Assembly: GCA_964476445.1 (NCBI GenBank)
Contig: CAYZAK010000004.1
Span: forward strand, 491 to 64,490
Source: an uncultured bacterium
GTDB lineage: Bacteria > CG03 > SLGR01 > JAGXOG01
Direction of reading: 5' to 3'
Length of the DNA: 64,000 nt
Each line of letters opens with the position of its first letter. Position 1 is the first letter of the stretch. The notes under the pieces are model-generated. The model searched no databases. It was not told where the DNA came from and saw only the letters and a program-made list of their open reading frames with translations. Positions 20,404-29,453 of the stretch are shown here, in pieces. A program made the translations under genes and the position numbers.

Positions 20404-20697
20404 ATGGAAACAAAAAAAAGATCGATAGCCAAATCACTTACCTGGAGAACTTTAGGAGTAGTGATGCTTTTAATAATAGGGTATTTAATAACCGGCAATA
20501 TAAAAGATACGGGAATTATTACAGTAATTTTTCACGGTTTAAGAATGATATTGTACTATATTCACGAGAGGCTATGGCTTAAGGTAAAGTGGGGTAAAAT
20601 AGAACATCCCCTGTGTGAGATACCGGTCACCGGTAAATTAAAGTCGGCTGATAAAAGTAATATTGAGGAGATGTTGAGGGATAATGGACACCTGTGA
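20404..20697 (+). CDS. Small two-TM membrane protein, DUF2061-like
   Basis: RSIAKSLTWRTLGVV...IFHGLRMILYYIHERLW resembles the DUF2061 consensus (..SL.K..TWR........HERLW). Strong GGAGGAG RBS. Confidence 0.5.
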   Translation: METKKRSIAKSLTWRTLGVVMLLIIGYLITGNIKDTGIITVIFHGLRMILYYIHERLWLKVKWGKIEHPLCEIPVTGKLKSADKSNIEEMLRDNGHL

Positions 20698-20749
20698 AAC
20701 CTCCTTAAAAATTTGACATAAGAAGATTAAATTAGTAAAAGATATAACT

Positions 20750-20962
20750 ATGAAAAAAGATATACACCCACAAGTACATAAAGCAAAAGTAAGTTGCGCC
20801 TGCGGCGCAGAATTTGATACCATCTCCACCAAAGAGAAGATTAAGGTGGAACTTTGTTCAAAATGCCATCCATTTTATACCGGCGAACAGAGACTTGTTG
20901 ATTCCGCCGGCCGGGTAGAAAAATTTAATCGGCGTTACGGCAAAAACAATAAAACTAATTAG
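20750..20962 (+). CDS. rpmE: 50S ribosomal protein L31
   Basis: MKKDIHPQ start. C-x-C...C-x2-CHPFYTG zinc ribbon. 70 aa. Confidence 0.9.
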   Translation: MKKDIHPQVHKAKVSCACGAEFDTISTKEKIKVELCSKCHPFYTGEQRLVDSAGRVEKFNRRYGKNNKTN

Positions 20963-21016
20963 CAATTCTGTATTTCGCCTAAAATCCTGAATTCTTTCGG
21001 GGTTTGGGTTTTTACT

Positions 21017-22084
21017 ATGAGCAAATTTGATAAGTTTGAAGAGTATTTAAAAGAATTCAAGAAACTGGAGAGCGAACTCACCCGCCCCGAGGTAATAAAT
21101 AACCGGAAAAAATTCAAGCAATATTCTAAAAGGCACGGAGAACTGCGCCAGCCCGTTGATAAGTATATTACCTATAAAAAATTAAAATATCAGTACTCCC
21201 AGGCGGAAAGTCTGTACAGGGAAGAAAAAGGCGAGATGCAAGATCTGGCCGCACGGGAGAAAAAAGAACTTTCTGGAAAATTAAAAGAGCTGGAAACAGA
21301 TTTGAAATCGTATTTGTTGCCCCGCGATCCGGACAGGGACAGGGATGTTATTATAGAACTCCGGGCGGGCACCGGGGGCGATGAGGCAGCTCTTTTTTGC
21401 GGTCACCTTTTCCGGATGTACCAGAAATATTTTGATCACCGGGGCTGGAAATCCGAAGTTTACAGTTTAAATAAAACTGGTCTGGGGGGGTATAAAGAAA
21501 TTGTCTGTTCTGTTTCAGGGTCCCGTGTTTACGGTAATCTTAAATGGGAAAGCGGAGTCCACCGGGTTCAGAGAATTCCGGAGACCGAAACCGGTGGACG
21601 GATACATACCTCCGCCTGCAGCGTGGCGGTACTGCCTAAAGCCGATCCGGTTGATGTAAATATTAAAAAAGAGGATCTCCGGATAGACACCTACCGGGCG
21701 TCGGGAAAAGGGGGTCAGCATGTAAACGTTACTGATTCGGCGGTAAGAATCACCCACATACCCACCCAAATTGTGGCCCAGTGTCAGGATGAGCGGTCTC
21801 AGAAACGGAACCGGGATAAGGCCATGGATATATTGAGTGCCCGGGTTAAAGAAAAAAAGATAAGAGACCAGCAGAAAAAGAAAGAGAACCGTCGCAGGGA
21901 ACAGATAGGATCCGGGGACCGGAGCGAAAAGATCAGAACCTATAATTTCACCCAGAACAGGATAACCGATCACCGGGTTAACTTAACACTTTACAATCTT
22001 GAAACTATAATTGACGGTGAATTTGAAAAATTCCTATTAAAACTCCAGAAAAAAATAAAGGAAAAACAGCTTGAAAACCTGTAA
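21017..22084 (+). CDS. prfA: Peptide chain release factor 1
   Basis: GGQ motif (SGKGGQHVNVTDSAVRITHIPT). The RF1-type PxT tripeptide region is present. 355 aa. prmC follows, as in the canonical prfA-prmC pair. Confidence 0.92.
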   Translation: MSKFDKFEEYLKEFKKLESELTRPEVINNRKKFKQYSKRHGELRQPVDKYITYKKLKYQYSQAESLYREEKGEMQDLAAREKKELSGKLKELETDLKSYLLPRDPDRDRDVIIELRAGTGGDEAALFCGHLFRMYQKYFDHRGWKSEVYSLNKTGLGGYKEIVCSVSGSRVYGNLKWESGVHRVQRIPETETGGRIHTSACSVAVLPKADPVDVNIKKEDLRIDTYRASGKGGQHVNVTDSAVRITHIPTQIVAQCQDERSQKRNRDKAMDILSARVKEKKIRDQQKKKENRRREQIGSGDRSEKIRTYNFTQNRITDHRVNLTLYNLETIIDGEFEKFLLKLQKKIKEKQLENL

Positions 22085-22094
22085 CATAAGAAAA

Positions 22095-22952
22095 ATGTTA
22101 GACTGGGGATATAAAAATTTAAAATCAAAAGATATCGATTCCCCCCGGGTGGACGCCCGGTTGATTCTGGCCTATTTAATGGGTACCTCCCCGACAGGTT
22201 TGTATTTAGAGCCGGAGATACATTTAGATGAAAAGACAGTTCAGAAGTATAAAAATTTAATTGAAAAACGGGGCCGCAATTATCCGGTTTACTATTTGTT
22301 AGGGAAGGCTAATTTTATGGGGTTAGAATTTAAGGTGACCGGAGACACGTTAATACCCCGACCCGAAACCGAGATAATGACCGAAAACGTTATTGATTAT
22401 CTTAAAAAACATACCGAAAAAAATGACAGAATACCGTCAGTACTGGATATGGGAACCGGCTGCGGCAACATAGGAATAACCATAGCTAATGCGGTAGAGA
22501 CCCAAGTTACAGCAGTTGATATAGACAAAAATGCTTTAAAAGTGGCCAAAGAAAATGCCTGTTTTCACGGCGTAAAGGATAAGATAACTTTTTTAATGAG
22601 CAATCTATTTGAAAATTTAGATTCTTCAGAAAAACATAAATATGATGTTATTGTCTCCAATCCCCCCTATATTAAGGACCGGGAATATGTTAATATATCA
22701 AAAGAAGTGAAAAAGGAACCTCGAATTTCTTTAAAAGGGGGAAAAGAGGGACTTGATTGTATAGCCAAAATAATAAAAGCGGGCCCTGATTATGTAAAAG
22801 ATAATGGCCAGATTTTTATAGAGATCGGTTACAGTCAGAAAAAAGAAGTTGAGAGTTTGTTAAAGGTAAATCCTAAAATCAAGGAGTACAGCATTATAAA
22901 AGATTACAATGATATAGACCGTATTGTTAGAGCGGGAGTGATTAATGAATAA
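22095..22952 (+). CDS. prmC: Release factor glutamine N5-methyltransferase (HemK/PrmC)
   Basis: NPPY motif (VSNPPYI). SAM motif I LDMGTGCGNIG. The track ORF opens with TTG at 22071. The in-frame ATG at 22095 (MLDWGYKNLK) gives a more typical N-terminus. Confidence 0.8.
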   Translation: MLDWGYKNLKSKDIDSPRVDARLILAYLMGTSPTGLYLEPEIHLDEKTVQKYKNLIEKRGRNYPVYYLLGKANFMGLEFKVTGDTLIPRPETEIMTENVIDYLKKHTEKNDRIPSVLDMGTGCGNIGITIANAVETQVTAVDIDKNALKVAKENACFHGVKDKITFLMSNLFENLDSSEKHKYDVIVSNPPYIKDREYVNISKEVKKEPRISLKGGKEGLDCIAKIIKAGPDYVKDNGQIFIEIGYSQKKEVESLLKVNPKIKEYSIIKDYNDIDRIVRAGVINE

Positions 22953-24201
22953 AAAAGAACAGAAAATAGTTATCCGGGGTCCAGCCCAACTTAAAGGAAA
23001 TATAGGTATTTCCGGGTCTAAAAACGCGGTCTTGCCTATGCTGGCGGCTACTCTGCTTACCGATGAGAAATGCGTTATAGAAAATGTTCCCCGGCTGAGT
23101 GATATTAGGACAATGATAAATTTAGTCCAGGTTATAGGAAAAAAAGTAGTTAGAACCGGGGATACTGTAACTGTTAAATCTACAGGTAAATTAAAAAATG
23201 AAGCCCCCTATGACCTGGTTAAAAAACTAAGGGCATCGGTTCTGGTTATGGGGGGATTGGTGGGCAGAATGAAGAATCTTAACGTAGCTTTACCAGGAGG
23301 CTGCCCAATAGGTTCCCGGCCCATAGATATACATCTTAAGGGATTCAGAAAAATGGGGGTACAGACCAGAGTTGAGAGAGGATTTGTGAATTTAAAGTCC
23401 CCCGTATTAGAAGGAGCCAGAGTATGTCTGGATTTTCCTTCGGTGGGGGCCACCGAGAATCTGGTAATGGCAGCCTGTTTGGGTGAAGGCACTACAGTAC
23501 TTGAAAATACAGCCACCGAACCGGAGGTTATCCAGCTGATGAAATTTTTAAAAAGTATGGGTGCTTCAATAACTACTGACGGGAATATAGTGAAAGTAGA
23601 AGGATGTGACCATCTTAAAGGGACAAAATTCAGGGTAATGGATGATCGCATTCAGGCGGGAACTTATCTTCTAGCCGGATTAATAAAAGGCTCAAAAATA
23701 AATTTTGAATTTTCCCACCCTCGGGCTTTAGAATCGGTAATGGATAAGGCTACAGAGTGTGGGGGTAAAATAAAAGTTGATAACGGTAAAATTTCCATAA
23801 AAGCTCCTCGGGTACTTAAAAGCGCTGACATAAGAACTTCTCCGTATCCTGGATTTCCCACTGATCTACAGGCTCCTTTTGCCACTTTAATGACTGTTGC
23901 CGAAGGAACAAGTGTCATAACAGAAGAAATTTTTGAGAACCGGATGATGCACTGTTCGGAACTTTTAAGGATGGGGGCTGAGATAGAAGTGAAAAAACAG
24001 TCCGCTATAATAACGGGAGTGGATAGTTTGAGCGGAGCGCCGGTTTCCGCCGCCGATTTGAGAGGTGGCGCGGCCATGGTAATAGCCGGACTTATAGCCC
24101 GGGGCCAAAGTGAAGTGTACGATATTTATCACATTGAAAGAGGATATGAAAATATAGTGGAAAAATTTTCCAAACTGGGAGCTAAAATATGGAAAAAGTA
24201 A
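22945..24201 (+). CDS. murA: UDP-N-acetylglucosamine 1-carboxyvinyltransferase
   Basis: EPSP-synthase fold with a catalytic Cys-containing loop (LPGGCPIGSRPID). K-x-x-K start region. 418 aa. Confidence 0.9.
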   Translation: MNKKEQKIVIRGPAQLKGNIGISGSKNAVLPMLAATLLTDEKCVIENVPRLSDIRTMINLVQVIGKKVVRTGDTVTVKSTGKLKNEAPYDLVKKLRASVLVMGGLVGRMKNLNVALPGGCPIGSRPIDIHLKGFRKMGVQTRVERGFVNLKSPVLEGARVCLDFPSVGATENLVMAACLGEGTTVLENTATEPEVIQLMKFLKSMGASITTDGNIVKVEGCDHLKGTKFRVMDDRIQAGTYLLAGLIKGSKINFEFSHPRALESVMDKATECGGKIKVDNGKISIKAPRVLKSADIRTSPYPGFPTDLQAPFATLMTVAEGTSVITEEIFENRMMHCSELLRMGAEIEVKKQSAIITGVDSLSGAPVSAADLRGGAAMVIAGLIARGQSEVYDIYHIERGYENIVEKFSKLGAKIWKK

Positions 24202-25388
24202 AAAAAGCGGTTAAAAATATTATAAAAAAAGTAAACCGTGATGGAGATGAGGCATTAATTGAATTTACCTCCAGATTTGACGGAGTTAGGCTGGGCAGGG
24301 ATGATATAGAAGTTAACGAGAAGACCAAAGAGAGGGAAAGTTCTAAAGTTGACCGGGAAACTCTGGAATCCTTAAAAAAAGCGGCCAAAAATATTAAAGA
24401 GTATGCCGCCCAAAATTATAAGACAATTCCCCGGGAAGAGCTGATTAAGGGAAACGGAGTAATAATAAGGGATCGCTACATCCCAGTAAAACGGGCCGGT
24501 TTGTATGTTCCCGGAGGAGAGTTCAGTTATCCATCTTCGGTACTTATGACCGCAATTTTTGCTCAGGAAGCAGGGGTTAAAGAGGTAGTGATGATGTCTC
24601 CGCCGGGTAAACTTACCCCTGAGGTAATTAAAGCGGCTCAGATTTCCGGAGTGGACAGAATATTCAGGATAGGCGGCGCCCAGGCAATAGCCGCTATGGC
24701 TCTGGGAACCGAGAGTGTACCCGGGGTAGATATAATTGTTGGTCCCGGAAATATGTATGTTCAGGAAGCTAAAAAAGAACTGTCCGATAAAGTGGGCATA
24801 GATATGCTTGCCGGTCCCAGCGAAGTGGTTATAATAGCCCATGAATCCAAAGAATACTCCTGGCTGGCCACCGATCTGATGGCCCAGGCGGAACATGCCC
24901 CGGATGCCCGAGCAGTACTGGTTACCCCTGATAAAGATATAATAGAAAATGTTAAAAAGTTGATAATACCCCGGTTAAGGGAAAGAGTGGAGTTTAAACT
25001 GGCGGAGGATATTGGCTCTGCGGTGAATATATCCAACCGGATAGCCCCGGAGCATCTTCAAATTATCTGTCCGGAAAAAGCAGAGAAAAATGTTTTAGAG
25101 GGCATATATAATGCCGGTGCCGTATTTGTGGGCAAGTACACCCCGGTAGCTTTAGGAGATTACTGGGCCGGTCCTTCCCATACTCTGCCTACAGGCATGA
25201 CAGCCAGGTACAGCGAAGGACTTAACGTGAGGACATTTTTGAAAAAAGTTTCTTTTATGGAAAGTTCAAAAGCAAGTTTTCAGGGGTGGATGAAAGATGT
25301 GGAAAGATTGGCCGGAATTGAGGGGATGGAATATCATAAAAAATCGGTTAGCCTGAGAAGGAAGAATACAAAAAATGAAACACCTTAA
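24189..25388 (+). CDS. hisD: Histidinol dehydrogenase
   Basis: IGGAQAIAAMA, DMLAGPSEV and QAEHAP catalytic region motifs. 399 aa, slightly short at the N-terminus compared with typical HisD. Confidence 0.85.
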   Translation: MEKVKKAVKNIIKKVNRDGDEALIEFTSRFDGVRLGRDDIEVNEKTKERESSKVDRETLESLKKAAKNIKEYAAQNYKTIPREELIKGNGVIIRDRYIPVKRAGLYVPGGEFSYPSSVLMTAIFAQEAGVKEVVMMSPPGKLTPEVIKAAQISGVDRIFRIGGAQAIAAMALGTESVPGVDIIVGPGNMYVQEAKKELSDKVGIDMLAGPSEVVIIAHESKEYSWLATDLMAQAEHAPDARAVLVTPDKDIIENVKKLIIPRLRERVEFKLAEDIGSAVNISNRIAPEHLQIICPEKAEKNVLEGIYNAGAVFVGKYTPVALGDYWAGPSHTLPTGMTARYSEGLNVRTFLKKVSFMESSKASFQGWMKDVERLAGIEGMEYHKKSVSLRRKNTKNETP

Positions 25389-26409
25389 ATTTGTCAATGA
25401 CCGTATTAAAAGTTTAAAATCCTATACCGTTCCCCCGGTTTTAGAGGGAGAAATAAAGCTGGATGCCCAAGAAAATCCCTACCAGCTTCCAGATAAATTA
25501 AAAGAAAAGCTGTCCCGGATTTTATCCGAGGTGGAACTTAACCGTTACCCCGATCCCGGGTGTTCTGAATTGAGAATTAAAATAGGGGAATACTGTAATC
25601 TTGAAGCCGGGAATATTCTGGTTGGCAACGGTTCCGACGAACTGATACTGATGCTGTTTTTAGCCTGCGGGGGAGTGGGGAAAAAAGCGGTTTTTCCGGT
25701 ACCCACTTTTTCTATGTACCGGATTTTATCCCGGCTTACGGGTACCGGTTACCGGGGAGTACCCCTGGAAGAAAATTTTGCTCTGCCGGCAAAAAAAATA
25801 ATGTCCGCCAGACCGGACATGTTGTTTATAACCTACCCTAATAATCCTACGGGGAACTGTTTTTCAAGAAAAAAAATAATAGATATTGTGGAAAACACCG
25901 CCGGATTAGTGGTAATAGATGAAGCTTACTTTGAATTTTCGGGAAAAACTTTTCGGGATCGGTTAAATAGGTATGACAATTTAGTTATTTTGAGGACTTT
26001 CTCCAAGGCTTTTTCCCTGGCCGGTATCCGGGCCGGATATATAATGGGGGGAAAGAAAATCATAAAAGAACTGGAGAAAGTTCAGCTTCCCTATAATGTA
26101 AGTATAGTTAATCAAAAATTATTAGAAGCGGTAATGTCCGAGAGAGATTTAATAAAACCGGTAGTTGAAAAATTAAACCGGTCCAGGGAAAAGTTAATGA
26201 CCGGGCTTAAAAGAATTGAAGGGATAACACCGTATCCGTCGGAAGCAAACTACATATTGATGAAAATAGACAATATAGATAAAGTGGTGAGAAATCTTAA
26301 ACGGAACAATATAAAGGTGCGGGAATTTTCCGACGAGTCCCTTAAAAATCATCTAAGGGTGACCGTGGGTACCGACAGGGAAAATAAAAAATTAATAGAA
26401 GCTTTATAG
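25375..26409 (+). CDS. hisC: Histidinol-phosphate aminotransferase
   Basis: Class II aminotransferase with the PLP lysine in TFSKAFSLAGIRAGY. Position in the his cluster. Confidence 0.8.
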   Translation: MKHLKFVNDRIKSLKSYTVPPVLEGEIKLDAQENPYQLPDKLKEKLSRILSEVELNRYPDPGCSELRIKIGEYCNLEAGNILVGNGSDELILMLFLACGGVGKKAVFPVPTFSMYRILSRLTGTGYRGVPLEENFALPAKKIMSARPDMLFITYPNNPTGNCFSRKKIIDIVENTAGLVVIDEAYFEFSGKTFRDRLNRYDNLVILRTFSKAFSLAGIRAGYIMGGKKIIKELEKVQLPYNVSIVNQKLLEAVMSERDLIKPVVEKLNRSREKLMTGLKRIEGITPYPSEANYILMKIDNIDKVVRNLKRNNIKVREFSDESLKNHLRVTVGTDRENKKLIEAL

Positions 26410-26435
26410 GGTTAAAATAAGAGCAGGGAGGAAAT

Positions 26436-27017
26436 ATGAGAACAGCCCAGAAAAAAAGAGAGACCCGGGAGACCCAAATAGTTGCAAGGGTAAATCTTGA
26501 CGGTAAAGGGGAGTACAGTATTGATACGCCTTACGGATTTTTTAATCATATGTTGGAATTATTATCCAAACACTCGGGGATTGATATGAATATAAAAGCC
26601 AACGGGGATACAGAGGTTGATCCCCATCACACTGTAGAGGATGTAGGCATAGTTCTGGGCCAGGTCATAGATGCGGCCCTGGGGGACAGAAAAGGAATAG
26701 AGAGGTATGCCAGTATAATGATGCCCATGGATGAGACCAGGTGCGATGTTGTCCTGGATTTAGGGGGTCGATCCAATTTGGTGTACCGAATAAACGAAAA
26801 TATGAAATCGGAAAATAAATTTGATTTCACCCTGTTTAAGAGCTTCATGAAGGCATTTTCGGATAATTTAAAAGCTACCCTACATATAAATCTGGTATAT
26901 GACGAAGGGGATTTTCATCACGCCGCCGAAGCAGTATTTAAAGGCCTGGCCAGAACCCTTAAAAAAGGTATTAGGATAACCGGCGAGGATTTACCTTCCA
27001 GTAAAGGGGTTATATAA
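26436..27017 (+). CDS. hisB: Imidazoleglycerol-phosphate dehydratase
   Basis: DPHHTVEDVGIVLGQ and HH..E metal motifs. 193 aa monofunctional form. Confidence 0.88.
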   Translation: MRTAQKKRETRETQIVARVNLDGKGEYSIDTPYGFFNHMLELLSKHSGIDMNIKANGDTEVDPHHTVEDVGIVLGQVIDAALGDRKGIERYASIMMPMDETRCDVVLDLGGRSNLVYRINENMKSENKFDFTLFKSFMKAFSDNLKATLHINLVYDEGDFHHAAEAVFKGLARTLKKGIRITGEDLPSSKGVI

Positions 27018-27018
27018 G

Positions 27019-27741
27019 ATGATTGTAATTCCGGCCATAGATTTAAAAAACGGTAAATGCGTGAGGCTTACCCGGGGAAAACCGGAGAACGAAACTATTT
27101 ACTCCAACGATCCGGTAAAGATGGCTGAATTATGGCAGTCCAAAGGGGCGGGAAGACTGCACATAATAGATCTTGACGGAGCTTTTTCGGGAAAAATGGG
27201 TAACGGCGATATTATAGAAAAAATTGTAAAAGAGGTTAAAATACCCGTTCAGGTTGGCGGCGGAATAAGAGAGTTTTCGGTAATTGAAAATCTGATAGAA
27301 AAAGGGGTTTCCCGGGTGATTATGGGAAGCGCGGCAATCTACGACAAAAATTTGGTGAAGAGAGCGGTAAAAAAATGGCCGGAAAGGATTACTGTGGGCA
27401 TAGATTCCGATTCCGGAAAAGTGGCTGTAAAAGGTTGGAAGGATATTACCCAAATACCGGCTGTTGAACTGGCCCGGGAAATGGAGCAGATAGGGGTCAC
27501 CGAACTGATTGTGACCGATATAAAAAAAGACGGGACCTTAGAGGGTCCCAACATAAAATGGTTTAAAGAGATCTCCGGCAGTGTATCGGTGCCGGTAATA
27601 GGGGCCGGGGGTATGTCCAAGCTGGAAGATGTGAAAAATTTAGACCGGGCGGGTATTGAAAACTTAAAAGGGGTTATAATAGGAAAAGCCCTTTACAGTA
27701 AATCCATTGATCTGTCCCGTGCTATCGATATTGTTAAGTAG
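27019..27741 (+). CDS. hisA: ProFAR isomerase (HisA)
   Basis: [17 protein letters not shown] start. LHIIDLDGA and GGGIR motifs are HisA-type rather than HisF-type. Confidence 0.8.
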   Translation: MIVIPAIDLKNGKCVRLTRGKPENETIYSNDPVKMAELWQSKGAGRLHIIDLDGAFSGKMGNGDIIEKIVKEVKIPVQVGGGIREFSVIENLIEKGVSRVIMGSAAIYDKNLVKRAVKKWPERITVGIDSDSGKVAVKGWKDITQIPAVELAREMEQIGVTELIVTDIKKDGTLEGPNIKWFKEISGSVSVPVIGAGGMSKLEDVKNLDRAGIENLKGVIIGKALYSKSIDLSRAIDIVK

Positions 27742-27764
27742 GTAATAAAAAAAAGAGGAAAGAT

Positions 27765-28145
27765 ATGAATGTAGATGAATTAAAATTTAACCCGAAGGGT
27801 TTGATACCCTGTGTGACTCAGGATTACAGAGACGGAAAAGTACTTATGGTGGCCTACATGAACAGGGAGTCCATTAAAATAACTTTAGAAAAGAAAAAGG
27901 CCTGTTATTTTTCCAGATCCAGAAACGAGCTGTGGTTGAAAGGGGAAGAGTCGGGTAACGTTCAGGAAGTAAAAGAGATGTACATAGACTGCGATAAAGA
28001 CACCATTCTTTTAAAAGTTAACCAGATTGGTGACTGTGCCTGTCATAAGGGATACCGGTCCTGTTTTTTTAGAAAATATGACGTTTCTGGATGGAAGGCA
28101 GTAGGTAAAAAAGTACAAGACCCGGATAGTATGTATGATAAATAA
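27765..28145 (+). CDS. hisI: Phosphoribosyl-AMP cyclohydrolase (HisI domain only, no HisE fusion)
   Basis: [11 protein letters not shown]...C-x-C-H zinc-site motif. 126 aa. Confidence 0.8.
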   Translation: MNVDELKFNPKGLIPCVTQDYRDGKVLMVAYMNRESIKITLEKKKACYFSRSRNELWLKGEESGNVQEVKEMYIDCDKDTILLKVNQIGDCACHKGYRSCFFRKYDVSGWKAVGKKVQDPDSMYDK

Positions 28146-28153
28146 TACGGGTG

Positions 28154-28771
28154 ATGAATTTTCCCAAAAAGGGTATATATTTTTTATTTAACCCTTTAAA
28201 CTGGGAATCCGGTGTCTGGGAGAAAAACTTAAAAAAAATTGTACCCTTACTCTCTGCCATACAGTTAAGGGCCCCGGATTTAACCGACAGGGAATTTTAC
28301 AGAATTTCTTTAAAATTAAAAGAAATTCTGAAGAATTCCGGGACTCCTTTTATAGTAAACAACCGGGTGGATCTGGCTATAGCCGTGAAGGCGGACGGGA
28401 TTCATCTGGGAGAAAAAGATTTGCCCCTTAACCCGGCCCGCCGGATATTTGAAGGTATAATAGGTTCTTCCCGCCATACTTCCCGGGGGGCAAAACAGGC
28501 CGAAAAAGATGGAGCGGATTATATAGGATGCGGTCCCGTATTTAAGACTGAAACCAAAAAATTAGACCGCAAAGTTTTAGCCCCGGAAGGGTACAAAAAA
28601 GTGAAAAATAGCGTAAATATACCGGTAATCCCGGTGGGGGGGATCAAACCTGAAAATATTAAATATATTAAAGGTTACTCATCAATATTCGCCCTTTCTT
28701 CTGCAATAAACTGCTCGCTTTATCCTCTTAGAACTTGCCGTAAAATAAAAAAAACAATCAGTTTAGTTTGA
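28154..28771 (+). CDS. thiE: Thiamine-phosphate synthase
   Basis: GIHLGEKDLP, GSS.HT and DYIGCGPVFKTETK motifs of TMP-TENI/ThiE. The ATG at 28154 is preceded by an in-frame GTG at 28151. Confidence 0.75.
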   Translation: MNFPKKGIYFLFNPLNWESGVWEKNLKKIVPLLSAIQLRAPDLTDREFYRISLKLKEILKNSGTPFIVNNRVDLAIAVKADGIHLGEKDLPLNPARRIFEGIIGSSRHTSRGAKQAEKDGADYIGCGPVFKTETKKLDRKVLAPEGYKKVKNSVNIPVIPVGGIKPENIKYIKGYSSIFALSSAINCSLYPLRTCRKIKKTISLV

Positions 28772-28967
28772 AATAATTTTAATTCTATATTAATATTTAA
28801 TATCATACTTCGAAAAAAAGTAAAGGTGTTGCAGAGGATATAATTATATTCTCACGTGTGCTACTGCAATACTAATATACTGCGGAATAAAGGCCGTACC
28901 ACAGATCAGATCTCAGGCTGGTAGCAACATGCTGAGCTGTGAATATGGCCTTTAAGAAAGGGGATTC

Positions 28968-29339
28968 TTGCCTGAAAAGATACTGGTGATAGAAGACGAT
29001 CCTGGAATTCGCGCATTATGCGGAAAAATTTTAACGAAAGTTGGTTTCAAAGTAAATACCGCTGCAGATTTTAAACGGGGTATAGATCTACTTTCCAGGG
29101 AAAACTGGGCTGTTGTTATAATCGACATCCAGCTTACCGACGGTTCAGGCATGGATATCTTAAAAAAATGTGTAAAAACCCACCCAGGTAGTGTTCCAGT
29201 TATGCTTTCCGGGGCAACCTCCGTTAAGGAAGCGGTAACAGCAATTAAAATAGGTGCAAAAGATTTTATCACCAAACCTTTCAATATAAGTAAGTTGCGC
29301 GATTCTGTCACAGAAGCGGTATCTCAAAACTCTTCTTAA
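28968..29339 (+). CDS. Orphan single-domain response regulator (CheY-like receiver)
   Basis: Acidic pocket IEDD. Phospho-acceptor D in VVIIDIQLTDGSGMD. Conserved K (KPF). TTG start. Confidence 0.75.
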   Translation: MPEKILVIEDDPGIRALCGKILTKVGFKVNTAADFKRGIDLLSRENWAVVIIDIQLTDGSGMDILKKCVKTHPGSVPVMLSGATSVKEAVTAIKIGAKDFITKPFNISKLRDSVTEAVSQNSS

Positions 29340-29453
29340 CCTGCCTTTTTTTTAAAAATAAAAAGTGAATTACAGATAGTATTTGAATTTGATTAATCCC
29401 TGGGTATATATTATAATTAGGATAATTAGAATAATAGTAATAAAGGGATTAAA

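Noticed and set aside
23208-24077. Two minus-strand ORFs (147 and 137 aa) inside murA
   Set aside because: They are antisense to a highly conserved housekeeping gene. There is no independent support.
24372-25036. Minus-strand ORFs (174 and 91 aa) inside hisD
   Set aside because: They are antisense shadow ORFs. The + strand product has diagnostic HisD motifs.
28772-28967. Considered SRP RNA, 6S RNA or a riboswitch in the thiE-REC spacer
   Set aside because: There is no match to the SRP domain IV GGAAGGAAGCAGC-type motif or to the riboswitch consensus cores I can recall. It is retained only as a low-interest structured-spacer finding.
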